From: an uncultured Eubacterium sp.
GTDB lineage: Bacteria > Bacillota > Clostridia > Lachnospirales > Lachnospiraceae
DNA: 64,000 nucleotides
Assembly: GCA_910578975.1 (NCBI GenBank)
Contig: CAJTRZ010000011.1
Location: 8,252-72,251 of the forward strand
Reading direction: 5' to 3'
Part shown: piece after piece, positions 1-9,290 of the stretch
Layout of the letters: each line of letters begins with the position of its first letter
Numbering within the stretch: the first letter of the stretch is position 1
The notes under the pieces: generated by a model
Told to the model about the DNA's origin: nothing
The model's input: only the letters and a program-made list of their open reading frames with translations
Database searches by the model: none
Translations under genes and position numbers: made by a program

Positions 1-433
1 CATATCTCTGATTATATACTTTTCCATCACGCTTTACATTGACTTCCAGCCACAATGATAATGCATTTACCACAGATGAACCAACACCATGCAGTCCACC
101 GGAGATTTTATAATTTCCATCTCCAAATTTTCCTCCTGCGTGCAAAGTCGTAAACACAACCTCAACTGCCGGGCGTCCGGTCTGCTCATTGATATCTACT
201 GGAATACCTCTACCGTTATCTTTAATCGTTGCAGAACCGTCTTTCTCCAACGTTACTGTAATTTCTGAACAATGCCCTGCCAGATGTTCATCTACAGAAT
301 TATCCACGATTTCGTATATCAGATGGTTCAGTCCTTTCGTCCCCACACTTCCAATATACATTCCCGGACGTTTCCTGACCGGTTCTAGTCCCTCTAATAC
401 GGAAATACTATTTCCATCATAATTATTTGCCAT
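1..433 (-). CDS. Type IIA DNA topoisomerase subunit B (GyrB/ParE), N-terminal fragment running off the window edge
   Basis: Absent from the ORF track because there is no stop in the window. My translation from the ATG at 431-433 (minus) reads [53 protein letters not shown]...DNGRGIPVD...LHAGGKFG, the GHKL ATPase signature of GyrB/ParE. RBS GGAGTGAGG lies 6 nt upstream. Confidence 0.85.
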   Translation of the reverse strand, partial: MANNYDGNSISVLEGLEPVRKRPGMYIGSVGTKGLNHLIYEIVDNSVDEHLAGHCSEITVTLEKDGSATIKDNGRGIPVDINEQTGRPAVEVVFTTLHAGGKFGDGNYKISGGLHGVGSSVVNALSLWLEVNVKRDGKVYNQRY

Positions 434-511
434 TTCTAACCTCACTCCATATAACCTATTATAATTATAACTTGTTTACATTTTGTATCTTTCCTTAGAT
501 ATAATCTTATT

Positions 512-1180
512 TTACTTAACCTTTTTCACTTGGAAGAATCCGTTTCCAAAATGTTTTCTCATCAAATAATCCTTCCCTTCAAAATGTGCAAAATCATTAA
601 ATCTCTCAATATGAAATGTCTCCATTTTTTCATCATACATGATATGGGTAATACTGCAGTTTTCAATCTGTCTTCCAAAAGTAAGCCATTTCGCATAATC
701 TGCTCCCACAATCCCTGTGAGCAATGCTCTAAGAACTCCTCCATGGGTCACCACACACACATCTTCATAAGGCTGCCTTGTCAAATCTTTCAATGCTGTA
801 AATGCACGGTTAAATACCATCTGACAATTTTCTCCCCCATCAGGATAAGGAATATCCTCTGTCATAGTTGCTCTCTTTGCCAGAAACCCACCATACTTTT
901 GCTTCATTTCCTCATTGGACAGTCCTGTCATCCCTCCAAAGTCTGCCTCCTGCCATCTTTCATCAATAAATCTTTGCCTGCCCAAATATTTATTGATAAT
1001 ATCTGCTGTCTCTTCCGCGCGCAGTAATTGACTGGAATAAACTGCTTCAATCCCATACGTTTTCAACCGCTCTCCTGTCAGTTCTGCCTGCTCTCTTCCC
1101 TCTTTTGAAAGTTCCACATCCACATTACACAACCTGCTGTTCTGTCTGCCATGCCGTATTAAATAAATATTCATCTGCAA
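512..1180 (-). CDS. Histidine phosphatase family protein (phosphoglycerate mutase-like)
   Basis: N-terminal IYLIRHGR (RHG catalytic motif) and a later VVTHGG motif. 222 aa. Confidence 0.85.
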   Translation of the reverse strand: MQMNIYLIRHGRQNSRLCNVDVELSKEGREQAELTGERLKTYGIEAVYSSQLLRAEETADIINKYLGRQRFIDERWQEADFGGMTGLSNEEMKQKYGGFLAKRATMTEDIPYPDGGENCQMVFNRAFTALKDLTRQPYEDVCVVTHGGVLRALLTGIVGADYAKWLTFGRQIENCSITHIMYDEKMETFHIERFNDFAHFEGKDYLMRKHFGNGFFQVKKVK

Positions 1181-1183
1181 CCT

Positions 1184-1597
1184 CTATTCAATATACATAA
1201 TCATCCCAGGCCCCAGTTTTTCTGTTGGTCTGGCTATAAACCCATATTTTTTATAAAATTCTTCCCGTCCAACTGCACACATTAAATCAAGCATGATCTC
1301 TGTATCCGGTAATTTCATTCCCTTTACATAGTCAATAAGGTGTTCCATGATTTGCTGTCCGATACCACTCCCCTGATACTCCGGAATAACAATCAAGTCC
1401 TGGATATAACAAATTACTGCGCCATCGCCTACAATTCTTCCCATACCAACAGCTTGTCTATCATCAAAAGCAACAACTGTAAACAGACTTCCCTGTATGG
1501 CTCTCTCTGCCTGCTCTCTGGTCAGTGTTTTCCAATTCACAGCCTTACGTAACTTTAAATATGTATCTATATCTAATCTGTTCTTTTCTAAAAGCAT
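1184..1597 (-). CDS. GNAT family N-acetyltransferase
   Basis: 137 aa with acetyl-CoA binding motif A, YQGSGIGQQIM. Lies 3 nt upstream of the next gene. Confidence 0.85.
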   Translation of the reverse strand: MLLEKNRLDIDTYLKLRKAVNWKTLTREQAERAIQGSLFTVVAFDDRQAVGMGRIVGDGAVICYIQDLIVIPEYQGSGIGQQIMEHLIDYVKGMKLPDTEIMLDLMCAVGREEFYKKYGFIARPTEKLGPGMIMYIE

Positions 1598-1805
1598 ATC
1601 TTCTCATTTCCACTTATGTAAATTAATATAAAGTACTAGAGCAGAATACACCCACTCTAACTAATATAGTATACAATATCTTGGGTCTTTCTTCAAGATT
1701 TATCCCAAAACTTGTGGTTCTTATTTGCATATGTTTTTAAAAAAAGAAATTTTTTACAACTATTTATTTCACTTCTTTGGAAATAATAAAAGTGGGAGTT
1801 TTGAT

Positions 1806-2483
1806 ATGAAACAGAGATTTGAGTTAATTTATCGTATTACATTTATCATAATTTGTGCCACAGGAATTTTTATTCATTTGGACTTAAACGACAGAAATAT
1901 AAATGCCCACGAACTTAGTTTCTTCACTTTATGGAGCAATATTTTCTGTCTTGTTTTTATGATTATTTTATTGATAAAACATTTTCTTGGAAAAGATACC
2001 CGTTCCAGACTATTAACATACTTTAAAGGAATGGCTTTATCTTCTATTATCTGTACATTTTTAGTTTATCATTTTTCAGAAAATAAAATTATATTATCCT
2101 ATGATACGATAACATCCTTGGGGCTGCCTTTAGAAAGCATACTTGCACATTATGTCGTTCCTTTTATGTTTATACTGGACTGGATAATATTCCAGCCAAA
2201 GGGATTATTTGAATGGAAACAGATTATTACTTGGCTGGCTTTTCCTCTGGTTTACATTATTTGTTTCTTTACCAGATGTCATTGTAACAGACCGGAAGAA
2301 TTTATTGATGTTCCAAAATATCCTTATTTTTTCTTAGATTATGATTGTATTGGTATTGGAAAATGTTGTTTATATATTGTATTCCTAATGATAGTTTTCC
2401 TAATAGTAAATCTCGTAATTATTCTTATGGATAAATCTTTATACGATAAACAACGTGCAAAAAAGCAGAATAAAAAACAGTGA
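1806..2483 (+). CDS. Polytopic membrane protein (possibly Pr6Pr / FAR-17a-AIG1-like family)
   Basis: About 6 hydrophobic segments and an FFTLWSN motif. I prefer the ATG at 1806 (RBS GTGGGAG 7 nt upstream) over the TTG at 1725. The family name is from memory only. Confidence 0.55.
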   Translation: MKQRFELIYRITFIIICATGIFIHLDLNDRNINAHELSFFTLWSNIFCLVFMIILLIKHFLGKDTRSRLLTYFKGMALSSIICTFLVYHFSENKIILSYDTITSLGLPLESILAHYVVPFMFILDWIIFQPKGLFEWKQIITWLAFPLVYIICFFTRCHCNRPEEFIDVPKYPYFFLDYDCIGIGKCCLYIVFLMIVFLIVNLVIILMDKSLYDKQRAKKQNKKQ

Positions 2484-2526
2484 ACAATCTCCTGATTCAT
2501 AATCAGGTTATCGTTCACTTTTTTTA
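2479..2526. terminator. Bidirectional rho-independent terminator
   Basis: Long hairpin gtgaacaatctcctgatt / aatcaggttatcgttcac followed by a T-run. It sits between convergent genes. Confidence 0.7.
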
Positions 2527-3222
2527 TTCCTGTTCTTTCTTAATTACCTCTTCTATCTCGTCCAAACTGTGAATGATATAGTCAATGCACATAGATTTTG
2601 GACACTCATTTTTGTTGGGATTATACCAGCAGGTTTTAATACCAGCATTGATTCCTCCCTGTATATCAGAGCTAAGACTGTCACCTATTATAATAGTCTC
2701 TTCTTTTTTCACATCACCAATCTCCGAAAAACATCTCTCAAAAAATCTTATATTCGGTTTATTTACTCCTATCTTTTGAGAAATAAATATTTTTTCAAAA
2801 TATTTTTCCAGTTTTGCACCTGCAATTCTTCTATCCTGCACTGTTGCAGTTCCGTTGGATACAATATATAAGCGATACTTTCCATATAATTTTTCAAGTA
2901 AATCCAATGCTCCTTCCACTAAAAAATACTGATTTCCGAGCAACTCCTCATATGTCTTCCATGCCAACTCACTGGAACATTCTGCTCCTATTTCTTCAAA
3001 CAAAACTTCAAACCTGCCTAGCAGCACCTGAGCTCTGGTCAGTTCTCCCTTCTCCAGCCTCTTCCAGTGCATATCATTAATTACACTATAACGATCCAAT
3101 ATTTTTTCTGTATGTTCAACACCTATCATTTTAAATGTTTCTGTCAGCGCTGTCCTTTCACATTTATGAAAATCTAAAATCGTATCGTCTAAGTCAAATA
3201 ATATGTTTTTTATCATTTGCAA
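2524..3222 (-). CDS. HAD-IA family hydrolase, YjjG-like nucleotidase
   Basis: HAD motifs FDLDDTILDF, SNG and GDSLSSDIQGG. Confidence 0.8.
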   Translation of the reverse strand: MQMIKNILFDLDDTILDFHKCERTALTETFKMIGVEHTEKILDRYSVINDMHWKRLEKGELTRAQVLLGRFEVLFEEIGAECSSELAWKTYEELLGNQYFLVEGALDLLEKLYGKYRLYIVSNGTATVQDRRIAGAKLEKYFEKIFISQKIGVNKPNIRFFERCFSEIGDVKKEETIIIGDSLSSDIQGGINAGIKTCWYNPNKNECPKSMCIDYIIHSLDEIEEVIKKEQE

Positions 3223-3232
3223 CTCCCTCCTT

Positions 3233-3270
3233 CAAAAAAAGAACTTCCGCATTGTCCTTGGAAGTTCTTT
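3233..3270 (-). terminator. trpS terminator
   Basis: 11-bp stem aaagaacttcc / ggaagttcttt, followed on the minus strand by TTTTTTT. Confidence 0.75.
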
Positions 3271-3277
3271 CTTGTTT

Positions 3278-4282
3278 TTATCTGATTCTTTCTGTAAGAC
3301 CTACTTTTTTCTGAACCTTTCTAAGTGTCTTATTTGCAAAATATGCTGCCTTCTCATCATTCTCCTTAATTACTCCATTCAGATAAGTCTTGTCTTTTTG
3401 AAGTTCATAGAATCTGTCCTGTAATGGCTTTAATCTGTCTGCTACTGTCTCTCCCACAGCCATCTTAAAGTCTCCATATCCCTTACCATCAAACTCTTTT
3501 TCTACATCTTCAACCGTCTTTCCTGTAATGCAGGAATAAATATTTATTAAATTCTGAATACCCGGTTTCTCATCAGAGTAACGAATCTCCATATCAGAGT
3601 CTGTAACTGCTCTCTTGAATTTTCTTATAATCGTGTCAGAATCATCCATCAGTAAAATGCTTGCATTTGGATTCTCATCTGACTTAGACATCTTTCTTGA
3701 TGGATCCTGAAGGCTCATAATCTTCGCAGTGGATTTTCCAATCAAAGGTTCCGGTATCGTAAATACATCTCCGTAAATACCATTAAATCTATTTGCAATA
3801 TCACGGGCCAATTCCAAATGCTGCTTTTGATCAAGACCTACCGGTACCACATCTGCCTGATACAAAAGAATGTCTGCAGCCATCAGCGCCGGATATGTAA
3901 ACAGACCTGCATTAATATTATCAGCATGTTTTGCAGCCTTATCTTTAAACTGCGTCATTCTGTTTAACTCTCCCATATATGTAAAACAATTCAATATCCA
4001 TGCAAGCTCTGCATGTGCCGATACATGTGACTGAAAATAAATACAATTCTTCTCCGGATCAAGTCCTGCTGCCACGTATAATGTATATAAATCTCTGGCT
4101 CTTTTTCTCAATTCTGCCGGATTCTGCCTTATTGTCAGAGAATGTAAATCTGCAATTGCATAAAAGCATTCGTATTCTTCCTGCATTTTCAGCCAGTTGT
4201 CAAGAGCTCCTAAATAATTTCCCAGTGTAAGTGTGCCTGTTGACTGCATGGCACTATATGATACTTTCTTATCTCCTAACAT
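3278..4282 (-). CDS. trpS: Tryptophan--tRNA ligase
   Basis: Class I aaRS motifs TLGNYLGA (HIGH-like) and KMSKS. 334 aa, the typical TrpRS length. Confidence 0.95.
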   Translation of the reverse strand: MLGDKKVSYSAMQSTGTLTLGNYLGALDNWLKMQEEYECFYAIADLHSLTIRQNPAELRKRARDLYTLYVAAGLDPEKNCIYFQSHVSAHAELAWILNCFTYMGELNRMTQFKDKAAKHADNINAGLFTYPALMAADILLYQADVVPVGLDQKQHLELARDIANRFNGIYGDVFTIPEPLIGKSTAKIMSLQDPSRKMSKSDENPNASILLMDDSDTIIRKFKRAVTDSDMEIRYSDEKPGIQNLINIYSCITGKTVEDVEKEFDGKGYGDFKMAVGETVADRLKPLQDRFYELQKDKTYLNGVIKENDEKAAYFANKTLRKVQKKVGLTERIR

Positions 4283-4370
4283 AACTTCTCTCCTTTATTT
4301 CTACATACTTTAACATCATACCACTTTTTTATTAAAAAGTGTACTAAAATATACATTTGCTTATATACTA

Positions 4371-5012
4371 TCATTCCAACAGTTCTTCTACATTACACCC
4401 TAATGCTTTTGCCAGATTTATGACAGATGTCACATTTGCCTTACCGATATCTTTTTGTAACTGTTCATACATCTGAATCGAACGAAGAGATACTCCTGAA
4501 TGTTTTGACAATTCTATCTGTGTGATTCCATAGTCCATCCGAAACTCTTTTAATTTCGACTTTATAGGTTTCTTCTCAATATAACTATTGATAGTCTCTA
4601 CAAATTTTTCTTCCGGTGCTTCATGCAGCGGATAATACATTCTTTTAATCTCTTCCATAGAAATATGAGACATGATATTTTTATAACTTCTGCCTGTTAT
4701 AATTTGATAATATGCCAGAATCCATCCGCTCCAGTATTCTTTTGTCTTTTCTCCTACGATATCCGTAGAATGTACGTGATGATTTTCTATTCCTATTTTT
4801 TCAAACACTTCCCACACCAATTCAGGTCCTGACATTCCAACAACATATCTTGGATTTTTATTTTCATATTCTTTTGCAACTCCCGAAACAATAAACCAAT
4901 CCATAAATTCATCTAAATTCATATGACAGTCATAAACAATATAGTCAAAGGCATCTCCCAGATTATTCATCGCTTCATCCATTGCCAGATTTTCGTAAGC
5001 ATTCATCTCCAT
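4371..5012 (-). CDS. Two-domain protein: uncharacterised N-terminal domain plus C-terminal XRE-type helix-turn-helix
   Basis: C-terminal ITQIELSKHSGVSLRSIQMYEQ...NLAKALGCNVEEL is an XRE/Cro-like HTH. The 5' end overlaps the stop of the DUF3990 gene. Confidence 0.75.
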   Translation of the reverse strand: MEMNAYENLAMDEAMNNLGDAFDYIVYDCHMNLDEFMDWFIVSGVAKEYENKNPRYVVGMSGPELVWEVFEKIGIENHHVHSTDIVGEKTKEYWSGWILAYYQIITGRSYKNIMSHISMEEIKRMYYPLHEAPEEKFVETINSYIEKKPIKSKLKEFRMDYGITQIELSKHSGVSLRSIQMYEQLQKDIGKANVTSVINLAKALGCNVEELLE

Positions 5013-5670
5013 CCTTCATTCCCTTTCTAATAATATCTATCATATGCATCCCATAGATATCTGCATCATTCAATAATTTCACAAATTCACTATTAGCGTC
5101 TAAATTGCGTTTCATTCTCTTATGATAGTATTTGTTACTCTGTGCCTTTTCATAACCTAAAAATTTTAATTGTGCAAAGGCTTTCTGTGACTTTATTACA
5201 ATCTGTTCGCCAAGTTTTCCTAACCTCATTGCTTTTTCTAAATCACTAATATTAATCTGATTATTTATAAATGCCCTTGCAAACGCAAAATAAGAATCAT
5301 CTGCCCTGTAACCTTTTATCAAGTCATACTGTTTGATATCAATCAGAAAATTTCTAATCAGATATTCTTTTCCATCCTTTGCAATCGGCAGGGTCGTTTT
5401 AAAGTCTCTATTATCTGCCAGCACAGCAAGCCAGTTTAAAACATGATATTTTTTGTCTGATAAGTCCAATATGTTCAATCCATTCGTATTTAGAGTATAA
5501 CTGTTCGCAAATCCGTCTATTCCTATATCTTTGCACGCCCATTCTTTTGCCAATTCTAAACTCTCTGTACAATAAAATCCCATTCCATAATCATTGTGTC
5601 CTTTTCCTTTTCCATATGTAGGATTTTTTATAATCTTTTCAGAACCATGCCAAATCGTAATTTCATTCAT
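4975..5670 (-). CDS. DUF3990-like protein with PARP/ART-like H-Y-E style motifs
   Basis: ITIWHGS ... DYGMGFYCTES ... GEQIVIKS. I prefer the ATG at 5668-5670 (RBS GAAAGGAAG) over the ATG at 5691. Confidence 0.7.
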   Translation of the reverse strand: MNEITIWHGSEKIIKNPTYGKGKGHNDYGMGFYCTESLELAKEWACKDIGIDGFANSYTLNTNGLNILDLSDKKYHVLNWLAVLADNRDFKTTLPIAKDGKEYLIRNFLIDIKQYDLIKGYRADDSYFAFARAFINNQINISDLEKAMRLGKLGEQIVIKSQKAFAQLKFLGYEKAQSNKYYHKRMKRNLDANSEFVKLLNDADIYGMHMIDIIRKGMKDGDECLRKSGNG

Positions 5671-5752
5671 ACTGCTTCCTTTCAATTCCATTGCACACCC
5701 TCATATAAATATAATCGTAATATTCTGCTATGTCATATGATATGCTCATACA

Positions 5753-5785
5753 CAAAAAACTATCACTATAGTGATAGTTTTATTT
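5753..5785 (-). terminator. Terminator after the RsmH-like gene
   Basis: Perfect palindrome aaaactatcactatagtgatagtttt, followed on the minus strand by a T-run. Confidence 0.75.
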
Positions 5786-5816
5786 TAGCATATATTCATC
5801 TATTTTCAATAAATTC

Positions 5817-6923
5817 CTATAAACTTTTTACTGCCCATCGCATTTTTGTAGACTTTGCTCTTGGATTTCTGATACATTCTTCTCTTCCGGGTCTGATGAC
5901 CTCCCTTGCCACCTCACTGTACACACCTGAACCTTTTAACGATTTGAAGGACTTTTTCACTAACCTGTCTTCTCCCGAATGAAAGGTTAAAACTGCCACT
6001 CTTCCTCCTGGCGCCAGCACATCTGGAAGTTTTTCCAGAAATTCATACAATACTTCAAACTCATTATTTACATCAATTCGAAGTGCCTGAAAAACTCTGG
6101 CACAGCACTTCTTCATCAATTCCTCTTTATCCTTTTTAGACATATTCCTTGTTTCTTTTGATTGTGAAACTGCTTTTTCTACTATATTCTTTAATTCTAG
6201 TGTTGTCTCTATTTTCTTTTTTCTCCGCTCTTCAATAACTTTTTTCGCAATATCGTAAGCATATGGTTCATCAGAATTTTCTATGAGCATCCCTTCCAAC
6301 TCCTCTAATGATATTCTGTTTAAACGTTCTGCCGCCGAAATACCCTGATTCGGATTCAAACGTAAATCTAAAGGTCCTTCACACTTATATGTAAATCCAC
6401 GTTCCGGATTATCTATCTGCATAGAGGAAACACCCAAGTCTGCCAAAACAAAATTAAACGGTCCATATTCTTCCGCCACTTTATCTATATCTTTAAAATT
6501 TATATTTACCGCCGTAAATAGTTCACTGCCAAATCCTTTATCCGATAACCTCTTTTTCGTTTTGTCTATCTCTATAGGATCGATATCAAGTCCATACACA
6601 TGTCCTTTTCCTTCTAGTTTTTCCAACATTCTGCTCGTATGTCCACCATAACCCAATGTTGCATCCAGTCCTTTTTGCCCCGGCTGTATTTCCAGAAAAT
6701 CCAATATTTCATCTACCATAATAGATATGTGCATCCCTGCCGGTGTACTTCCCTTACTGATAACCTTTTCTATCGTGTCCTTATATTTATCAGGATTATG
6801 TTCTTTATACTTTTCAGCATAAGTTCTGGGATGTGTCCCCTTGTACCTTACACGTCTCTTGTGAGGCTTACTCTGTTCTAAATCACAATTATTATTTGTT
6901 GTATTATCCATGTTACTGCTCAT
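5817..6923 (-). CDS. RsmH/MraW-family SAM-dependent methyltransferase paralog (N4-cytosine rRNA methyltransferase-like)
   Basis: LDATLGYGGHT, GLDIDP, ADLGVSSMQID, FHSGEDR and the C-terminal NPRAKSTKMR match RsmH motifs. It carries an extra basic N-terminal extension of about 60 aa and is not in a division/cell-wall gene context. Confidence 0.75.
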   Translation of the reverse strand: MSSNMDNTTNNNCDLEQSKPHKRRVRYKGTHPRTYAEKYKEHNPDKYKDTIEKVISKGSTPAGMHISIMVDEILDFLEIQPGQKGLDATLGYGGHTSRMLEKLEGKGHVYGLDIDPIEIDKTKKRLSDKGFGSELFTAVNINFKDIDKVAEEYGPFNFVLADLGVSSMQIDNPERGFTYKCEGPLDLRLNPNQGISAAERLNRISLEELEGMLIENSDEPYAYDIAKKVIEERRKKKIETTLELKNIVEKAVSQSKETRNMSKKDKEELMKKCCARVFQALRIDVNNEFEVLYEFLEKLPDVLAPGGRVAVLTFHSGEDRLVKKSFKSLKGSGVYSEVAREVIRPGREECIRNPRAKSTKMRWAVKSL

Positions 6924-7049
6924 TTATCCTTTCTTCTACGATTCCAACTTTCATCCATTATATATTTTTATCTTTATAAAAACAACCAGCCCCTTGATTT
7001 TTGATGTGCAATTCATTAAGATTATTGTAGAAATTTTTCGGAGGTAAAT

Positions 7050-7529
7050 ATGAACAAAATTACAAGTTTTACAATTGACCATTTAAAATTATTACCCGGA
7101 CTGTACGTTTCCAGAAAGGACAAAGCCGGAGCCGAAGTCATTACCACATTTGACATTCGGATGACCAGACCGAATTTTGAACCTGTTATGAACACCGCAG
7201 AAGTTCATACAATAGAACATCTGGGGGCTACTTTTTTAAGAAATGATGAAGAGTTTAAAGATAAAGTAATTTATTTCGGTCCTATGGGATGCCGCACTGG
7301 TTTTTACATGGTACTGGCAGGAGACTATTCTTCCAAAGATGTTCTTCCCCTCGTCACAAGAATGTATGAATTCATGAAAGATTTCAATGATGTTGTCCCT
7401 GGCGCCTGTGCCAAAGACTGCGGAAACTATCTGGATATGAATCTAAACATGGCAAAATATATATGTTCGAAATACTATGATGAAGTATTGACAGATATCG
7501 CAGAAGAAAGACTCATATATCCGCAGTAA
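7050..7529 (+). CDS. luxS: S-ribosylhomocysteine lyase
   Basis: HTIEH metal-binding motif and GCRTGFY. 159 aa. RBS GGAGG upstream. Confidence 0.95.
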   Translation: MNKITSFTIDHLKLLPGLYVSRKDKAGAEVITTFDIRMTRPNFEPVMNTAEVHTIEHLGATFLRNDEEFKDKVIYFGPMGCRTGFYMVLAGDYSSKDVLPLVTRMYEFMKDFNDVVPGACAKDCGNYLDMNLNMAKYICSKYYDEVLTDIAEERLIYPQ

Positions 7530-7539
7530 ACGAAATAAC

Positions 7540-7580
7540 AATTCCCAGGTTATGTATCATCCATAGCCTGGGAATTTTAT
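7540..7580. terminator. Bidirectional terminator between luxS and the GH26-like gene
   Basis: Stem aattcccaggttatg / catagcctgggaatt followed by TTTTAT. Confidence 0.7.
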
Positions 7581-7593
7581 TCTTATACAAATT

Positions 7594-9180
7594 CTATTTT
7601 GTTTTCACACTTTTCACTTTACTCCAATTAGAATAATACCTTTTGTTCTTCACCAACTTAAACGTTCTGATTCTAACATAGTATTTCTTTTTCGATTTTA
7701 AATTTTTTATTTTTTTTGAAGTAATCCTTCTCTTCTTTATCGTCACTTTTTTTACTTTAGATTTAAAGTTCTTCTTAGTACTATACTGAATTACATATCC
7801 ATTTGTACCTTTTGTTCGTTTTTTCCATAAAATCTTAAAAGATTTTCTACCACTCTTTAACTTCGTAATTTTTACACCTTTAGGGTTCGAAATCTTTTGT
7901 ATTTTCTGTGTTGTCTGCTCTTGTGCTTTATCCTTTTCTGTAGTTGTTCCGTTCTGCTCATTATTCTTAGGAATAAAATGAATATAGGAGTATAAATCTT
8001 TTGAACTTGTCAAATATCTGGATTCGCCAATCTTTCTTAACCATTTTTCAAAGATTTCTTTGCTGTTCTGTACTCGGGAATCTCCCCAGCCACCTTGAAG
8101 TTCCCACATTTTCTGTGCATTCCAGTCCTGGTTAATATAGCATAATGCCTTAATATCATTTTTTTCTATATACTCAAACATAGGCTGATACCAGTTCGTC
8201 CATGAATCTCCCTCATGAATGGTTCCTTCTTCGCCTAAGATGCAGACTTTGCCATTGTCACAACAATTTTTTGTTGGATTCTGTGGCTGCCATATTTCCT
8301 TTGGTGCAGCCTCTGCAATCATAACCGGCTTGCTGTGTTCTTTTGCAAAATCCACAGCTTCATCTCTCCTTATGCCTGCCGCTTTTTCCTGATATTCATG
8401 CTCCCACGCAAACCAGCTAATCCCTACCCAGTCCACATACTCATCACCAGGATACCAATTTTCTAATGTCATATATGGGTTATTAAGATAACTATCTATC
8501 TGTTCTTTATCATAACCACTCTGCCCTGTAACATCAGGCCAGATATTATTTTCACCCAGTCGGAAAAATGCCGCAGAATGCCATACAAAAGATATATTAT
8601 CATCTACACCATTTTGCAATTTTCCGTTAGGAGTTGTATCGCGGACAACATCAACGAAATGCTTATATGCAGATTTATATAGCCCTGGTGCATATGCATT
8701 CCACGGACCATCAAACTCGTAACCGAAACGAACATATACAGGCTTTTTAGAATCCTTAATATAGTATGCAAGTTTTTTTATATTTTCATCATACTTTCCA
8801 TTTGCAATTCCTAAGAGCATAGTACTATCTGACGCCCAGATTCCAAGATTCAATACGGTATTGTCATATCGTCTTGCCCAATCCTGAAAATCCATTCGTC
8901 CTGCCTGATTGGATCCGGTACCTTGATAAGAAGATGTCATTGCGGACAAATCCCCTAAATTTGTATAAATCATCATTCCTGCAGGAACGATTTTGCTGCT
9001 TTCTATATAATCCGCTGTTTCATCATCATCCTGACCAATAAACAGCAGTGTTTTACCATCAGGCGGAACAAATTTATTTTTATAAGATAATATATTATTC
9101 TCATCCGCCTTTATTCCATAGGTACTAAATAGCTGTGTCATTATCACTAAGACAATCATTGTAGAAATAAATTTTTTCAT
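7594..9180 (-). CDS. Secreted GH26-like glycoside hydrolase with a lysine-rich FN3-like C-terminal module
   Basis: Signal peptide MKKFISTMIVLVIMTQLF. RFGYEFDGPW (acid/base region), YPGDEYVDWVGISW and MIAEAAP resemble GH26 motifs. 31 of the last 96 aa are Lys. Confidence 0.65.
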   Translation of the reverse strand: MKKFISTMIVLVIMTQLFSTYGIKADENNILSYKNKFVPPDGKTLLFIGQDDDETADYIESSKIVPAGMMIYTNLGDLSAMTSSYQGTGSNQAGRMDFQDWARRYDNTVLNLGIWASDSTMLLGIANGKYDENIKKLAYYIKDSKKPVYVRFGYEFDGPWNAYAPGLYKSAYKHFVDVVRDTTPNGKLQNGVDDNISFVWHSAAFFRLGENNIWPDVTGQSGYDKEQIDSYLNNPYMTLENWYPGDEYVDWVGISWFAWEHEYQEKAAGIRRDEAVDFAKEHSKPVMIAEAAPKEIWQPQNPTKNCCDNGKVCILGEEGTIHEGDSWTNWYQPMFEYIEKNDIKALCYINQDWNAQKMWELQGGWGDSRVQNSKEIFEKWLRKIGESRYLTSSKDLYSYIHFIPKNNEQNGTTTEKDKAQEQTTQKIQKISNPKGVKITKLKSGRKSFKILWKKRTKGTNGYVIQYSTKKNFKSKVKKVTIKKRRITSKKIKNLKSKKKYYVRIRTFKLVKNKRYYSNWSKVKSVKTK

Positions 9181-9290
9181 TTGTAATTCCTCCTTATGAA
9201 GAATCCCCCGAACATATCATATTCGAGGGATATAACTTTCTTATATTTTACCTTGTCTTAACAGATTAAACAACTATTTATTCAATTATT

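Noticed and set aside
189-422. 77-aa plus-strand ORF from the track
   Set aside because: It lies antisense to, and entirely within, a clear GyrB/ParE N-terminal coding region on the minus strand. It has no RBS and a low-complexity product.
530-1027. 165-aa plus-strand ORF, and similar long antisense ORFs (for example 10626..11048, 45648..45983, 50638..51147, 61760..62167)
   Set aside because: These are shadow ORFs opposite well-supported minus-strand genes. AT-rich genomes leave antisense frames open. They have no RBS and no recognisable motifs.
4283-4370. Possible T-box leader upstream of trpS (and upstream of gltX at 28091-28230)
   Set aside because: The trpS leader is only 88 nt. Neither leader contains the conserved T-box sequence (the AGGGTGGTACCGCG type) or a terminator/antiterminator pair. 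The gltX leader shows only a consensus-like promoter.
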